From: Octopus sinensis
Taxonomy: Eukaryota
Direction: 5' to 3'
Assembly: GCF_006345805.1 (NCBI RefSeq)
Contig: NC_043012.1
Location: 27,466,001 to 27,530,000, forward strand
DNA: 64,000 nt
The position numbers and the translations under genes were made by a program. A model generated the notes under the pieces. The model did not search any database. It was given only the letters and a program-made list of their open reading frames with translations, and was not told the origin of the DNA. This document shows positions 24,050-36,970 of the stretch, in pieces; within the stretch, counting starts at the first letter, position 1; each line of letters begins with the position of its first letter.

Positions 24050-24995
24050 TATTCCTGTAGGTAATGAAGAATAGTTATGCATGGGATGTTCTTTTTGATG
24101 TGTGAAGGGTGGCAAGGGTAAAAATTTAAATATTGGTGTGCATCTGTTGTGACAGAGGAGTTGTATATTTTGATGTGAATGTCTAGGAATGGTAGTTCAT
24201 TGTTGCTAGTTTCTTTTGTGGATTTGGCAGCGTGTTGAGGGTGTTGTGAAATGTTCGTAGGTCTTCTTTTGATCTATCCCCAAAAAATGAAGCAGTCATC
24301 GAGGTAGTGCTTCTACTTCTTCATGATGTTTTCCTTAAAGTTGTGATCAAAGGTTTTTCTACTTCCTCGTAAAGTCTACCTTCTAGGTGACCCATGACTA
24401 AGTTGGCATATGAGGGTACAAATTTCGTACCCATAGCCATGGGTTGGTATATCTTATCAAATTTGAAGGTGTTTGCTTCTAGTACTAGATGAGTGACTTT
24501 GGTAATAAGTCTGTTTTGAAACATTTATCTACACATCTGTTTTTCTCTAACCAGTGTTTGACCACTTCCAGGCCTAAGGTACGCTGTATGTTGGTATAGA
24601 GGTTGGGATGTATTTGAAAAAGTCCAAGTCATCCCGTATATAGCTGGGTATTAATGGGTATAAAAGTTTGAGGTGTATGTCCAAGAGGTGACTCAGTTGT
24701 TGTGTTGGGTATTTGTTAATTAATGTCCTGATTTTATTTAGTGTTGTTTTTTCCAGATGTCTTGATTCTTCTTTATAGTATGGTTAATCTGTTAACATTT
24801 CTAGTATATTTTCTTTGTAGTAGTCTGTGTCTATGATTACTATCACCCCGCCCGTGTCAGCTTCCTTCAGGGTGATTGAATTGTCATTCTTTAGTCTTTG
24901 TAAAGCTTCCTTTTCTCCTTCCTGAAGATTCTGTTTGCTTTTACAGGTTCTGAGAAGGAATTTCGAGGTTGTTTCTCTTTCTCTCTCTCTCTCTG

Positions 24996-25032
<37 letters not shown>

Positions 25033-25400
25033 TTATCACTCCCCTTGTAAGGGATGAAATGAGGTTTTTTCTTTCTTTACAATTGATTCATCTTCTACTT
25101 TATTGTTGTTGAAGAATTCTATAAGACGGAGGAGGTAATTGAAGTTCTCAATATTGGTTTTTAGTTCTATGAGATTCGGAGTGGGTATTGGGGTGAATTT
25201 GAAACCTTTTAGTAAGAGACTCATTTCATTTTCATTGAGGTCTCTATTTGAGGAATTTATAATTTTAGGTTCTATGTATTTTCTGGGTTCATTAGGAACT
25301 TCTACTGTATTGGGTCCGGAGCACAGTTGTAGTATTTTTTCCCTTAAAAATGGGTTGTATTGTTATGTCTCCAATTTCTATTTCTGGGGTTCAGGCGTCT
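24050..25400 (-). mobile_element. Penelope-like element remnant, reverse transcriptase region
   Basis: MSLLLKGFKFTPIP, ITLKEADTGGVIVI, AMGTKFVPSYANLVMGHLE and LPFLDI match PLE RT motifs. Interrupted by stops and a microsatellite at about 24975-25035. Confidence 0.78.
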
Positions 25401-26169
25401 TTGTGAGTGAAGGAACAGTTCATGTTGTCTGTATATATTTCATTGTCCATAGTAGTTGTCTTTTTCCCATCTCCTGCATTTGTTGGGCCATGTAGGATTG
25501 GTAGTCATATATTGTGGGTTTCTTGTGTTTTCATTATGATTTTTTATATTATAGTCTCTGTGTTGCTTGTTCCTCACCTGTCTTTTGTTCCATGTGTTCA
25601 TCCATCTAGGTTGTCTAGTATTATGGGTTAATTGTTGTTTGTATTTTGCCTTGTCTTTCTTCCCATGTGTTCCTCCACCTATGAAATTCCACCTATGAGA
25701 ATTCTATACGAATTTAATTGTATATATGTTAAAGATGATCTCAAACCATTGCTAAAACCTTTTTACCACATTGTTATTGGACCTTGCAAAACACACTATA
25801 TTCAAAAATTCTATAAGCACAGATGCTTTCCCTCTTCTGTACTTGGCTCTCTTTCTCCTTTAGAAAATTTTAGGTTGAAGCTTTAAAATATGTTCAAAAC
25901 AAAATAGCCAACCAGAAAAAGATGAATTTGGAAATGTAATTCTGACAGCATTGTGTATTGCTTTCTTTAAAAGTTCATTTTGCACTCTGAAGGACAAATA
26001 TTTGGATAAAAATCAAGAGTAGTGGCTAAAATGACCAAAACTTACCAAATTTATTTAACCACAAAGATGAATCTTTAATTATATTAATTAATTATTTTGT
26101 AAGAAAATCATGTGTACATATGTATGTGTGGTGTGTGTATGTATGCACAAATATAAACATGTACATATA

Positions 26170-26205
26170 TAGATGTCTGAGTGTGTGTGTATTTACATAT
26201 ATATG

Positions 26206-26299
<94 letters not shown>

Positions 26300-26385
26300 A
26301 ATGAATGTGTATATGTGTGTGTGTGTGTGTGTGTATGTATGAATGAATGTATATATATGTGTGTGTGTATGTATGTATGAATGAA

Positions 26386-26442
<57 letters not shown>
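26170..26442. repeat. Compound (TA)n/(TG)n microsatellite
   Basis: Directly visible. Confidence 0.95.
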
Positions 26443-26447
<5 letters not shown>

Positions 26448-26871
26448 GATAAATCCAATAAGGGAAGAAATAAAATGTAAATAAAAAATATAATCATCCA
26501 ACATTCTGACAACCTTATTATTCTAAATATACATACATAAATAGATATATATAATACATATATATATATACATACAAACACACACATACATACCTCTCTC
26601 ACTCTCTCTCTCTTTTTTTTCTCTCTCTCTCTCTCACTGGGTAACCACATACCTCCTCAATAGTAAGACACCTATTTCTGTCTTGTTATTTCTCCGACAT
26701 GCTCTAACCTTTCATCATCTTATACTGGATCACCTCTGTTGTGGCAAGACAACTACTTCTATCTCTCTGTCTCTTTGTCACACACTAACCTTTCATCTTC
26801 TGACACAAGTTCCCTCCTCAAATGCCCCTGCCTCTCTCATAATCCCTTGTCTTCTGAGTTACTTTGTTATC

Positions 26872-27066
26872 CTGCCAGTGCTGGTGCCATGTTAAAAGCA
26901 TCCAGTCCACATTGTAATGTGGTTGGCTTTTGGAAGGGCATCCAGCTGTAAAATCCCTACCAAAACAGACACAGTAGTCTAGGGTAGATTTTCTACATGG
27001 CCAGCTCCTGTCACCCATCCTACCCATGCATGCATGGAAGATGGACACTAAATGATATTGATGACG
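26872..27066 (+). mobile_element. Diverged copy of the (GAT)n-tailed short repeat
   Basis: gttggc...ggaagggcatccagctgtaaaa and cccatgcatgcatggaa...taaatgatattgatgac. Confidence 0.6.
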
Positions 27067-27432
27067 ATATATATATACTGGTTCTTAAGTTACTATCTAG
27101 TTGTCTTTATGCATCTCTGTTCCTCCCTCTTGCTTTCTCTATCTTTCTCCTCCAACTCTATCATTGCCCTGTCAGTCTTTGAAACTTTTCAAATGTAAGA
27201 TTCTCCTTTTTCCTTCACAAGACTAATTCTTTTTAACATAGCAACATATTACTACATGCATACATGCCTATATTTTTTGCAGACTAGCGTGGCCATCTCT
27301 CTGAAAAAAACATGTTACTTTTTCTCTTTCTTTAATTCATTAACTAGAGATCTATATCTTCCAGCTTGCTCATGTTGTTCACTTAGCCCCTCCTACCCAA
27401 CCACTACCTGAACAACCAAACCAAAATGCTAG

Positions 27433-27968
27433 TGTAGTGACGTCATTTTCCAGTGTGCGCACACGCAATGTCATTCTTCAGTGTGCGTGTGTGGAACATC
27501 ATTCTTCAGTGTGCGTTTGCGGAACGTCATTCTTCAGTGTGCGTGTGTGGGGCTGGAACCATCTGGAAAGGCCTAAGGAAGTTCTCTCATGCATATGCGC
27601 AAGAGACTGGGAAAAAAAATTCTATCGTGTTCCTTGTTTAGCGTCGTTGACTTGAGACACGGCTATTGAAGCGAAAAGACGTATTAAACATGTGATCAGC
27701 CATTCTCCTGTCCCAGACACTTAGAATTTGACCTGCTCTGTTGCTGCTGAATTTGTTGTAAGAATCTTACAAATGTTAAAATTCGGCCTTGCTATATTGA
27801 ACCAAGTCGTTACCAATATACCAATGTGCTTCATTTGTAAATAAGAGAATAAAGAGTTATATATATTTTTAAGGTTGCGTTCTTGTTCCTGACTGGTAGT
27901 TTCTGGAAATTAAAGAAAGGAAATTGGTTGCACCCAAACAGTGTGAAGAATTAACCAGTTCCATTACA
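27433..27968 (+). repeat. 5' LTR (536 bp)
   Basis: tgtagtgacg...ccattaca; contains four ~27-bp tandem repeats (tcattcttcagtgtgcg...). Confidence 0.95.
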
Positions 27969-28636
27969 GTGGTGACCCCAAGTTCTGGTCATAGACCATA
28001 GAACACTTGACAAAAATCTAGTTTCTACCGAGTCAGAGTTGTGAATCCAGTTTTTCTGATGTCGATATCTTCGCCTCAGCATACACTAACGAAGCCTTTC
28101 TCTGCCGTCGCAATCACCATCACCGTCCTTCAACTTCACATCGCCTTCATCTCCAGCAACACTAATACGTACACAGCACAGCACTACCTGCGAGATCTTC
28201 TGTACTAATGTAACCTGGCACAGCATTGAAGCCACAACCGCTACACGACATGTGTTCAACCGGCATCTGCACTTGTGATCCCAACATCCTGTTACAGAAC
28301 AAACTGCTATTATGTACTTTACTATGAACTGGTAAAATAACTCTAACTTCATTAAAAAAAAAGAAAAATTTTGTTTCAGACGTGACGAAGGTAGGTAAAA
28401 ACAAAAAAAAAAAAGAATTTTTATTCTCTGTGCATACAGTAGAAAAAGAAAAGGAAAAAACACATTTTTTGGGTAAAATTTACACGTAAAAAAATTTTTT
28501 TGGTTCAATTGCTGGTCTTGTTTAATTTCTATTTCTTTCTGTTCTTTTTTCCATTTGCGTCAGTTCAACTTTTCATTGTCATTTCCCTTTCCTTTGACAG
28601 TCATCTAGTTAAAATTAAAAAAAAAAAAAGAACAAC

Positions 28637-29290
28637 ATGTCTTTGGCATCATTACCCATTTTCACAGGTGATGCCACACTTTGGTTTGCACAACTAAAGG
28701 CATATTTTTGTGCACATAGTATTTCTTCTGAGCAGCAGTTGCAAATTCTTTATAGTTGTATACCTCTTCAACTTGCAACTACTGCCAGAGATCTTATTAC
28801 GGATCCTTCTCCAGATGCCACTTATGCGTCTGTTAAATTAGAAGTGGAGAAAAGAAATACTAGAAGCGAGAAAAGTCGCTTCAATGAATTGATGGCGGAT
28901 GAGGAGTTGGGAGATAGGACTCCGTCTGAATTTTTGAGACACCTAAGAGAGTTGAGCGGTAAAGCTGCAGATGCTCTTCTCCTTTGTAAAATTTTTTTTT
29001 CAAGGTTGCCCGCCTATATACAAACTGTTTTGGCAACTGCTTTCGAGTCCAATACTGTGGACCAAATAGTGACCATGGCAGATAAGATGGTTGAATTTGC
29101 CGTGCGACCATCTTCACGTGCTGCTTGTGTCTGCTTGGAAACTTCTGCAAACTCAATTGATGGACTTACTAAACTAATAAAGGGTCTCACCAAAAGGATG
29201 GACGCGATTTTCAAGATTGCAGCCGTTCATCATCAAGTTTGGAGAGAAAGCACATAAGTGCATAAAGCCATGCTCCCATAAAGATTTAAA
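28637..29290 (+). pseudogene. Gypsy gag (frameshifted near the C-terminus)
   Basis: LPIFTGDATLWFAQLKAYF...ELGDRTPSEFLRHLREL; the terminal KFGEKAHKCIKPCS motif lies in a different frame at about 29233-29277. Confidence 0.85.
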
Positions 29291-29305
29291 CTAGCTTCGG
29301 AGGAG

Positions 29306-32160
29306 TTGAGCATGTCAACTTCCTCCACATCATTTTCTAGTTATCGTGCATTTTTCGTTAAGGATCTAGTGTCAAAGAAATACTTCATGGTGGACACTGG
29401 TTCTTGTTGCAGCATTTGGCCTCTGCGTCTCACAACCGACAGGCCAAAACGATCTAATGTTACCTTGCACGCTATTGACTCGTCACCAATAGCCACATTC
29501 AGTCAGATCTCTTTACGCCTCGACATAAATCTTCGTCGAGATTTTCGGTGGGTTTTTGTCATTGCTGACATTCCGCATCCTATTTTAGGTGCGGATTTTC
29601 TAAATAACTTTGATCTATTGGTAGATGTCAGACGTCGGAGGCTAGTCGACAGTTCGACTACACTCTCCACGCCGACCAGAGAATCTACCGATTCAGCTCT
29701 TAGCCCGACATTTTTTGTTGCTACTTCTGGAGATGGTTTTCATTCTCTTTTGGCTTCTTTTCCAGAGCAACTCGATATTACTTTTAAAATGGCAAAACCC
29801 GTACACTTGACACTCCATTTCATTACAACTACGGGGCCGCCTGTTTTTTCGCGCCCACGGCGTCTTGCACCTGACCGTCTTAAAACGGCTAGGGCTGAGT
29901 TTGAGCATATGCTCCAGCTTGGTCTGATACGCCCATCCACCAGTCCATGGGCATCACCCCTTCATTTAGTTCGAAAAGGGGATACAGATTTTCGCCCGGT
30001 GGGAGATTATCGGCGTCTAAATTCTGTGACGATTCCGGACAGATATCCAATTAGGAATCTTAATGACTTTTCAGCGAATCTTCATGGCTGTACCATTTTT
30101 TCTAAGGTTGACCTCATACGTGCTTATCATCAAATACCGGTCAACCCAGACGATGTTCCTAAAACGGCAATTACCACCCCTTTTGGTTGTTTTGAATTTC
30201 TATACATGAGTTTTGGTTTGCGGAATGCCACTAGTACGTTCCAACGTTTTATAGATGAAGTTGTTCGTGGACTTGATTTTGTTTTCGTTTATGTCGATGA
30301 TATCCTAATCGCAAGTGATACACATGAAAATCATCTCCAGCACTTGTCTCAGCTTTTTCAGCGTCTTCGCGACTATGGTGTTCGCATTTAACCAGACAAG
30401 CGTGTTTTTGGGCAATCATCTCTTGATTTTCTCGGTCATTGTATTGATTCAAGTGGAATCAAACCTCTCTCGTCTAAAGTCGATGCAATTCAGCGCATCG
30501 CACCACCTTCTTCTTTGCGTCAACTTCGCCATTTTTGGGGTATAGTTAATTTCTATCGATGCTTCATAAACCGGTGTGCAGACAAGTTGTTTCCTTTAAC
30601 GCAGATGCTAAAGGGCAATTCTAAAAAGGACGCCCGTCTTACTCTTTCAGCTGAAGCATTGTCTGCCTTTGAGTTAGTTAAAAAGGAACTAGCTTCAGTT
30701 CCTGTTCTAGCACATCTGGCTCCTGATGCTCCACTTACTTTATCTGAGGACGCATCAGATTCTGCAGTTGGCGCTGTCTTGCAGCACACCGTAGATGGTG
30801 AAACTAAACCTTTGGCTTTCTTTTCTTGCCAGCTAAAGCCTGCTGAACGCAGATATAGTACTTTTGATCGAGAGTTACTAGCGATCTATCTGTCAGTTCG
30901 ACATTTTCAGCACCAGCTCAAGGGACGAGAGTTTGTGATTTATACTGATCACAAGCCCCTTATGTTTGCACTATCCTCTAAAACGGATAAACTCTTCCCT
31001 CGTACTTTCCGTCACCTGGATTATATTTCTCAGTTTACAAGTGACATTCGACATGTGCCAGGGAAGGAGGACGTTCCAGCTGATGCTCTCTCTAGGCTCC
31101 CTGTCAATTCCATTTCCTCTCCTGCAGCAATTGACTTAACTGCTATTTCGCAGGATCAACCACCTTCAGCGGAGTTGAATTTAACTTCGCCCAAGTTTAT
31201 CAATTGTAAGTTTGCCTACCGTCTGCTCCCTTCAGCAGAACGCTCTATTCTTTGTGACGTCTCCACCGGTTCTCCTAGGCCGTTAGTACCTGAGAAACAT
31301 CAACGTTCTGTTTTTGATGATCATCCGGGTATCTCTGCCACAGTAAAGCTTGTTACAGCTCGGTTCTTCTGGCCCAATATGCGACGATCAATTACCTCTT
31401 GGGCACGCTCTTGTTTGAGGTGCCAGAGTGCTAAAGTCCATAGACACGTCCGTGCTCCACTTGGACAGTTTTCTTCTCCTGAGGCCCGTTTTCACCATGT
31501 CCACCTTGATTTGGTTGGACCATGGCCTGTGAGTCGCGGTTTCTCATATATTTTAACTTGTATCGATCGTTTCTCACGTTGGCTGGAAGCTATTCCTATA
31601 GCAGACATTTCTGCTGAAACTGTTGCGAAAGCTTTCGTGTCTAACTGGATTTCTAGGTTCGGTGTACCGTCCAGTTTAACCACAGATCGTGGTCGATAAT
31701 TCGAAGCGGTTTTATTTCGTGAGTTATCACGAATCCTGGGGATGCATCATATACGCACCACTAGTTACCATCCCGCTTCTGAATTTCTTCCTATCATCCA
31801 ACTTGGGTGTCGGACTGCGATTAAAGCAGACCTTGGTTTTTCTTCTGCCGAGCTCTTGTATGGTACTACACTGGCATTGCCTGGTACGATGTTGGTGCCA
31901 GACAAGTCACAGTCTCTTAATTTAGAGTCTTATGTTGCTCGACTAAGCAGATATTTTTCTGCCCTTCCTCCTATGGGTCACCAAAATCCTCCTTCTAATG
32001 TGCCATCAGATCTTAATTCTTGGACTCATGGGTTTGTCCGTGATGATTCTGTCAAAGACCTCTTGTTTCTCCTTATAAAGGACCTTTTCGTGCGATTTCC
32101 CGCACCCCGAAAGCATTCAAACTTGACATTAATGGCTGTTCGGAGACCATCTCCGTAGAT
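29306..32160 (+). pseudogene. Gypsy pol (protease, RT, RNase H, integrase) with two in-frame stops and integrase deletions
   Basis: [37 protein letters not shown] and TTDRG. TAA at 30389-30391 and 31697-31699 lie in one frame. YHPAS joins directly to EFLPII. Confidence 0.93.
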
Positions 32161-32616
32161 CGTCTTAAAAGGGCATATTTTGAAGTGTCAACATCTTTTG
32201 ATGACACCGCTGCTACAACCATCGTTGAACCTTCACATGCACCTTTGACAACACCACCATTTACACATGCACCTTTATCAACACCAACATCGGCAACATC
32301 ACCTTCATCGTCGCAGCCCGCCTCAAACAAACCTTATGTTTTGAGGTCAGGCAGAACTGTTCACTGGCCAAAGAAACTTTCAAAGACTATTTATATTTGA
32401 CATTCTCAATTGTGTTCCCAGTGACAGTTACGAGACTTATTGAACTTTGTTCATTTGAGTATTTTTTTTTTCCTTTTGGTGCATTCTTATTTATATTGTA
32501 AATTTTGTTTTGATTTGTCATATTGTGTGCCATTTTGGTGATTTGGTAACCACCTTATTTTCTGAAGCCACTACAAGGAATTTTGTTTTGTGCTTCCGCA
32601 CTCGAGGGGGAGCCTT

Positions 32617-33151
32617 TGTACTGATGTCATTTTCCAGTGTGCGCACACGCAATGTCATTCTTCAGTGTGCGTGTGTGGAACATCATTCTTCAGTGTGCGT
32701 TTGCGGAACGTCATTCTTCAGTGTGTGTGTGTGGGGCTGGAACCATCTGGAAAGGCCTAAGGAAGTTCCCTCATGCACATACGCAAGAGACTGGGGAAGA
32801 AAATTCTATTGCGTTCCTTGTTTAGCGTCGTTGACTTGAGACACGGCTATTGAAGCGAAAAGACGTATTAAACATGTGATCAGCCATTCTCCTGTCCCAG
32901 ACACTTAGAATTTGACCTGCTCTGTTGCTGCTGAATTTGTTGTAAGAATCTTACAAATGTTAAAATTCAGCCTTGCTATATTGAACCAAGTCGTTACCAA
33001 TATACCAATGTGCTTCATTTGTAAATAAGAGAATAACGAATCATATATATTTTTAAGTTGCGTTTTGTTCCTGACTGGTAGTTTCTAGAAACAAAAAGAA
33101 AGGAAATTGGTTGCACCCAAACAGTGTGAAGAATTAACCAGTTCCATTACA
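32617..33151 (+). repeat. 3' LTR (535 bp)
   Basis: tgtactgatg...ccattaca; about 96% identical to the 5' LTR by eye. Confidence 0.95.
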
Positions 33152-33371
33152 CTAGTGTGAGTTGTCTCTTAGGCACCCCTACCCCACTAAAAAAGAAACA
33201 AAGTCAGGTTGCCCTCATATGCTATTAGTTGCTACTGGTAACATGTAACCCAGTATAATCTGTTACATGTTCAGGTCATTGCTTGGTGAGGAGGACACCC
33301 TGCAGGATGAAAAATAAAACCCGTCATAAAGAGCAGTAGTCAATGGCTATCCAACTAATATATATATATAT

Positions 33372-33590
33372 AACTTAAGGAAGGAAAGAGCTCATCGATT
33401 CTGTACCAACACGCCGAGCAGGAATATGGGGGCTCAATCAACAACATAGAAGTTAAAATCTTGTCCACACATAGAACAGACGCAACAATCAGACAAATTA
33501 CGGAAGCTACACACATAATAGAAGATAAACCTAGCCTGAATAGGAAACTGGAATGGAACACTAGCACACACCACAACATATGACAGAAGA
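33372..33590 (+). mobile_element. Penelope-like GIY-YIG C-terminal fragment
   Basis: SSILYQHAEQEY...KILSTHRTDATIRQITEATHIIEDKPSLNRKLEW matches the R-x-x-x-EA-x-x-I...P-x-LN end of PLE endonucleases. Confidence 0.65.
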
Positions 33591-33815
33591 GGATCCCCAT
33601 AAACTGGTTACAATATAAACAAAATTGAAAACATAAAATAAAATACACAGATAAACAAATGGAAGTAAATAACTATATACATTTAAAAAATTTATTTTAT
33701 TATCTAAAAAAATTTTTTTTAATCAAAAATTTATTTTATTTTATTTTTTTTTATTACTAGTATTGTTGTTATACATACATACACACACATACATACATAC
33801 ATACAAGCATACGTA

Positions 33816-33858
<43 letters not shown>

Positions 33859-34062
33859 GTGGGTGTAAACACATGAACAAAATAAGAATAAACAAAAACA
33901 AATTACACGAACGTATATAAACAGAAGATACAAGTATTACAGGCATCCCCCACACACACACACACTAACTAAACATAGACGCACATAGAGATATACGCAT
34001 GCACAAATGAAGACATACAATAGAAACACAAAATGGCTGACGGTTAGTAAGGAGAGACACAC

Positions 34063-34245
34063 AAATAAGAAAGAAGAAAACAAAGGACCACTGATGCGGT
34101 CACAGGACTGTGACGAAAGAACTCTGGCCGAAACAAGATTAAGATTAATGTAAAAAATAAATAACACTGAAGCAAAGTAACACCAAATATATAGTGCGTG
34201 TGTTTTTATTGGCTAAACTGGCAAAATGACCATTCCTAAATACAA

Positions 34246-34286
<41 letters not shown>

Positions 34287-34516
34287 TAAACAAATGACCA
34301 TTCCTAAATACAACAAAATATATATATATATATATATTGTTGTATTTAGGAATGGTCATTTTGCCAGTTTAGCCAATAAAAACACACGCACTATATATTT
34401 GGTGTTACTTTGCTTCAGTGTTATTTATTTTTTACATTAATCTTAATCTTGTTTCGGCCAGAGTTCTTTCGTCACAGTCCTGTGACCGCATCAGTGGTCC
34501 TTTGTTTTCTTCTTTC

Positions 34517-34522
<6 letters not shown>
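34063..34522. repeat. Perfect 186-bp inverted repeat around a (TA)n spacer
   Basis: Arms 34063-34248 and 34337-34522 are exact reverse complements as far as I can read. The spacer holds (TA)n and a partial direct duplication. Confidence 0.92.
34085..34129 (+). ncRNA. Degenerate hammerhead-like motif (mirror copy at 34456-34500, minus strand)
   Basis: GGACCA-CTGATG[CG]-GTCACAG GA CTGTGAC-GAAA-GAAC-TC-TGGCC. Stems I and II pair, but conserved A9 is absent. Confidence 0.4.
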
Positions 34523-34593
<71 letters not shown>

Positions 34594-34899
34594 TAAAACA
34601 GTAAGATAACAAAAGAAAGAAAGAAATTCGACATATTAGGGGAGAGATGGGGATCCTTAACCGCAGTGAAGGCATCCCATCTAGGAGTGAGAAACTCTGA
34701 TATAAAACCAGGTCTTTGGTTGCTGAGTCTCCTTAACAAACTCTGACTCATAGGATAGACTAGGCTCTCCAGTTTGTTTATAGCGACTTGTTTAGGAGAT
34801 GGAAACCTCTGAAGAAAAAGCTTGAGGTGTGTAGTTCTTGGTACTGTGCACCATATTCTTGCTATTATCACTTCCAAAAAGAAACGCACGAGTTAGTAG

Positions 34900-35633
34900 A
34901 ACAAGGATTAAAGGCAATTGACAGAACAATGCTGCCGGGAAAATTCAAATGTTGGATACGGCAATTTGGGCTGTACCCAAGAATAATGTGGCCATTGCAA
35001 ATGTATGAAATAGCCTCGAGTAGAGTAGAAGGGATGGAGCAAAGATGCAGTGTGTTTATCAGAAAATGGCTTGGTCTGCCGAAACCACAGAATACAACTG
35101 CACCATCTGGAAAACCCGTGCTGCAACTACCAATAACATCAATCGCCAAAGAATATAAGGCAGGAAAGGCAAGGACAGTAATGATGCTAAGGTATTCAAA
35201 AGATCAGAGCATCCGGGAAGACCCTCCAAAGGTACGAACAGGGAGGAAATGGAAGGCGGAAGAGGCAGTAAACAGGGCGATCGGAAAACTAAGGCATGCA
35301 GATATAGTCGGAGCGACGCAAGAAGCTAGAACCGGTCTAGGGTTGCACGATTTCAAGCCATTTTGCATGAGCAGTGTAAAAGAGATGAAAGAGGCAGTGG
35401 TATACGAAGTGAGAAAGGAGGAAGAAGAAAGACGAAATGTACATTTGGTGCAATGCAGTCAACAGGGACAGTGCCTGAGATGGGAGGAATATGTGATCAA
35501 CCGCAGAATATCATGGAAGGAACTTTGGGCTTGGGAACAAGCAGGAACATCCTTCCTGATCAAGTCTACCTTCGACGTTCTACCCTCACCGACGAACTTA
35601 GTCCGGTGGAACATAAAAACAATTGATGAATGT
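34900..35633 (+). mobile_element. Fragment of a HERO-like (RLE-encoding) non-LTR retrotransposon, post-RT region
   Basis: LPGKFKCWI...PRIMWPL, RKWLGLP, VRTGRKWKAEEAV, QQGQCLRWE and FDVLPSPTNLVRW match recalled HERO ORF motifs. It is cut off at the first Cys of the zinc knuckle. The first ~35 and last ~28 residues of the listed ORF are not part of it. Confidence 0.75.
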
Positions 35634-35692
35634 AAACATTTATCTAGATCACAAAAAGTACATAATGATAAACAGTATATAATTAGTAAAAA

Positions 35693-35798
35693 GACTACGT
35701 ACGTTTCGTGGCTATAACTTCAATTTGAATAACAATTAAATTTAAAATTAATCGATCTCAAAACAATTCAATTTAAAAGTATAGTCACTCCTCAGGTC
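35693..35798 (-). ncRNA. Type I minimal hammerhead ribozyme, intact core, extended stem-loop II
   Basis: Minus strand: GAC-CUGAGGA-GUGACUAUA...63 nt...UAUAGCCAC-GAAA-CGUACG-UA-GUC. All core nucleotides are present, stem III is the palindrome ACGUACGU and the predicted cleavage site is GUA. Confidence 0.75.
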
Positions 35799-36970
35799 AG
35801 CAATAATAACAATAATAGTTAAATAAATACATATTTTTTATAAATATCTTTTTTATTTGTTAATTATAATTTAGATACGTACATTTATTTAATTATTCTT
35901 ATTTTAATAATTATATGTGAACTATTATCTAAAAGCATTAAGTGTGGTTGAAATAGTTTGTAACGTTAAATATTATAGTGAAAAGTTTATATTTTTTTGT
36001 ACTATTGAATTTAATTATAATAAAAAGTATTTTTGTTATCCCCTTAATGAGCGAAATATTAGATCTAGACTTATAAATGCTAAGTTATACATTTTTAATT
36101 TAAAATATTTTTTAGTTCATAAATATCTTTGAAAAAATAAATATGTTTTATTTAAGAAGTAATGGTGAAATTTATGATAATTGATTAAAAAATATGTATT
36201 TCTAACTTTTTTATTTGTTAATTATAATTTAAGATACATACTTTTATTTAATTATTCTTATTATTATAATTATTATGTGAACTAAAATCTAAAAATATTA
36301 TTTGTGGTTGTTTTGTGAAAAGCTTTTTTATATTTTTTCTTTATATACTATTGAATTTAATAATAATAATAAGTTCTTTGTTTATTTTATCAATAAATTA
36401 ATTTACTTATATAATAAGTTTAAATTATTTGTGAGCATATTGTTGAAATATATACAAAATACTATTACAGGGTTGTGGCTGCAACATTGTTGTTGTAAGA
36501 TATATTATAAGTCTACACATGTTTTGTATAGAGTTAGTATTGGATCAAATTAGATGTTTATTTAATTAATAAAGTAATATATAATTTATTTAATTAATAT
36601 AGATTAAATTATAGTAATTTAGCTTAACTTAAGTATATGATTTATTTTAAGCATTTTTATTTTAATTAATTGGACTCCTATTTTTCCAGTAAAGATATAC
36701 TATAGTTTGTTTATATTATTCTCAAAGCTAAAATATACCTTCACAGATAAAATACATATTTCTATCTATTTATTCTATTTTTTTACCTTGTTTTTAACAT
36801 GATAAATGTATTATATACACTTCGTCCTACTTTTTAAGTTTCAAATTTAGTTAATGGAATTTCTTTTATAAGAAGAATCATGTTTTTATTTCTTTAAGAA
36901 ATATTGTTTAATTCTGTTTGATTATTTATTAAAAATATGTATTTATTTAACTATTATTGTTATTATTGTT

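Larger units (their letters stand above)
27433..33151 (+). mobile_element. Full-length Ty3/Gypsy LTR retrotransposon (5719 bp), inactivated
   Basis: Two ~535-bp TG...CA LTRs, CTAG TSD at 27429-27432 and 33152-33155, PBS tggtgacccc just after the 5' LTR and purine tract gagggggag before the 3' LTR. Domain order is gag, PR, RT, RH, IN. Confidence 0.97.

Noticed and set aside
27443-27550. CRISPR-like array of ~27-bp repeats
   Set aside because: The repeats are head-to-tail without unique spacers, lie inside both Gypsy LTRs, and the DNA is eukaryotic with no cas genes.
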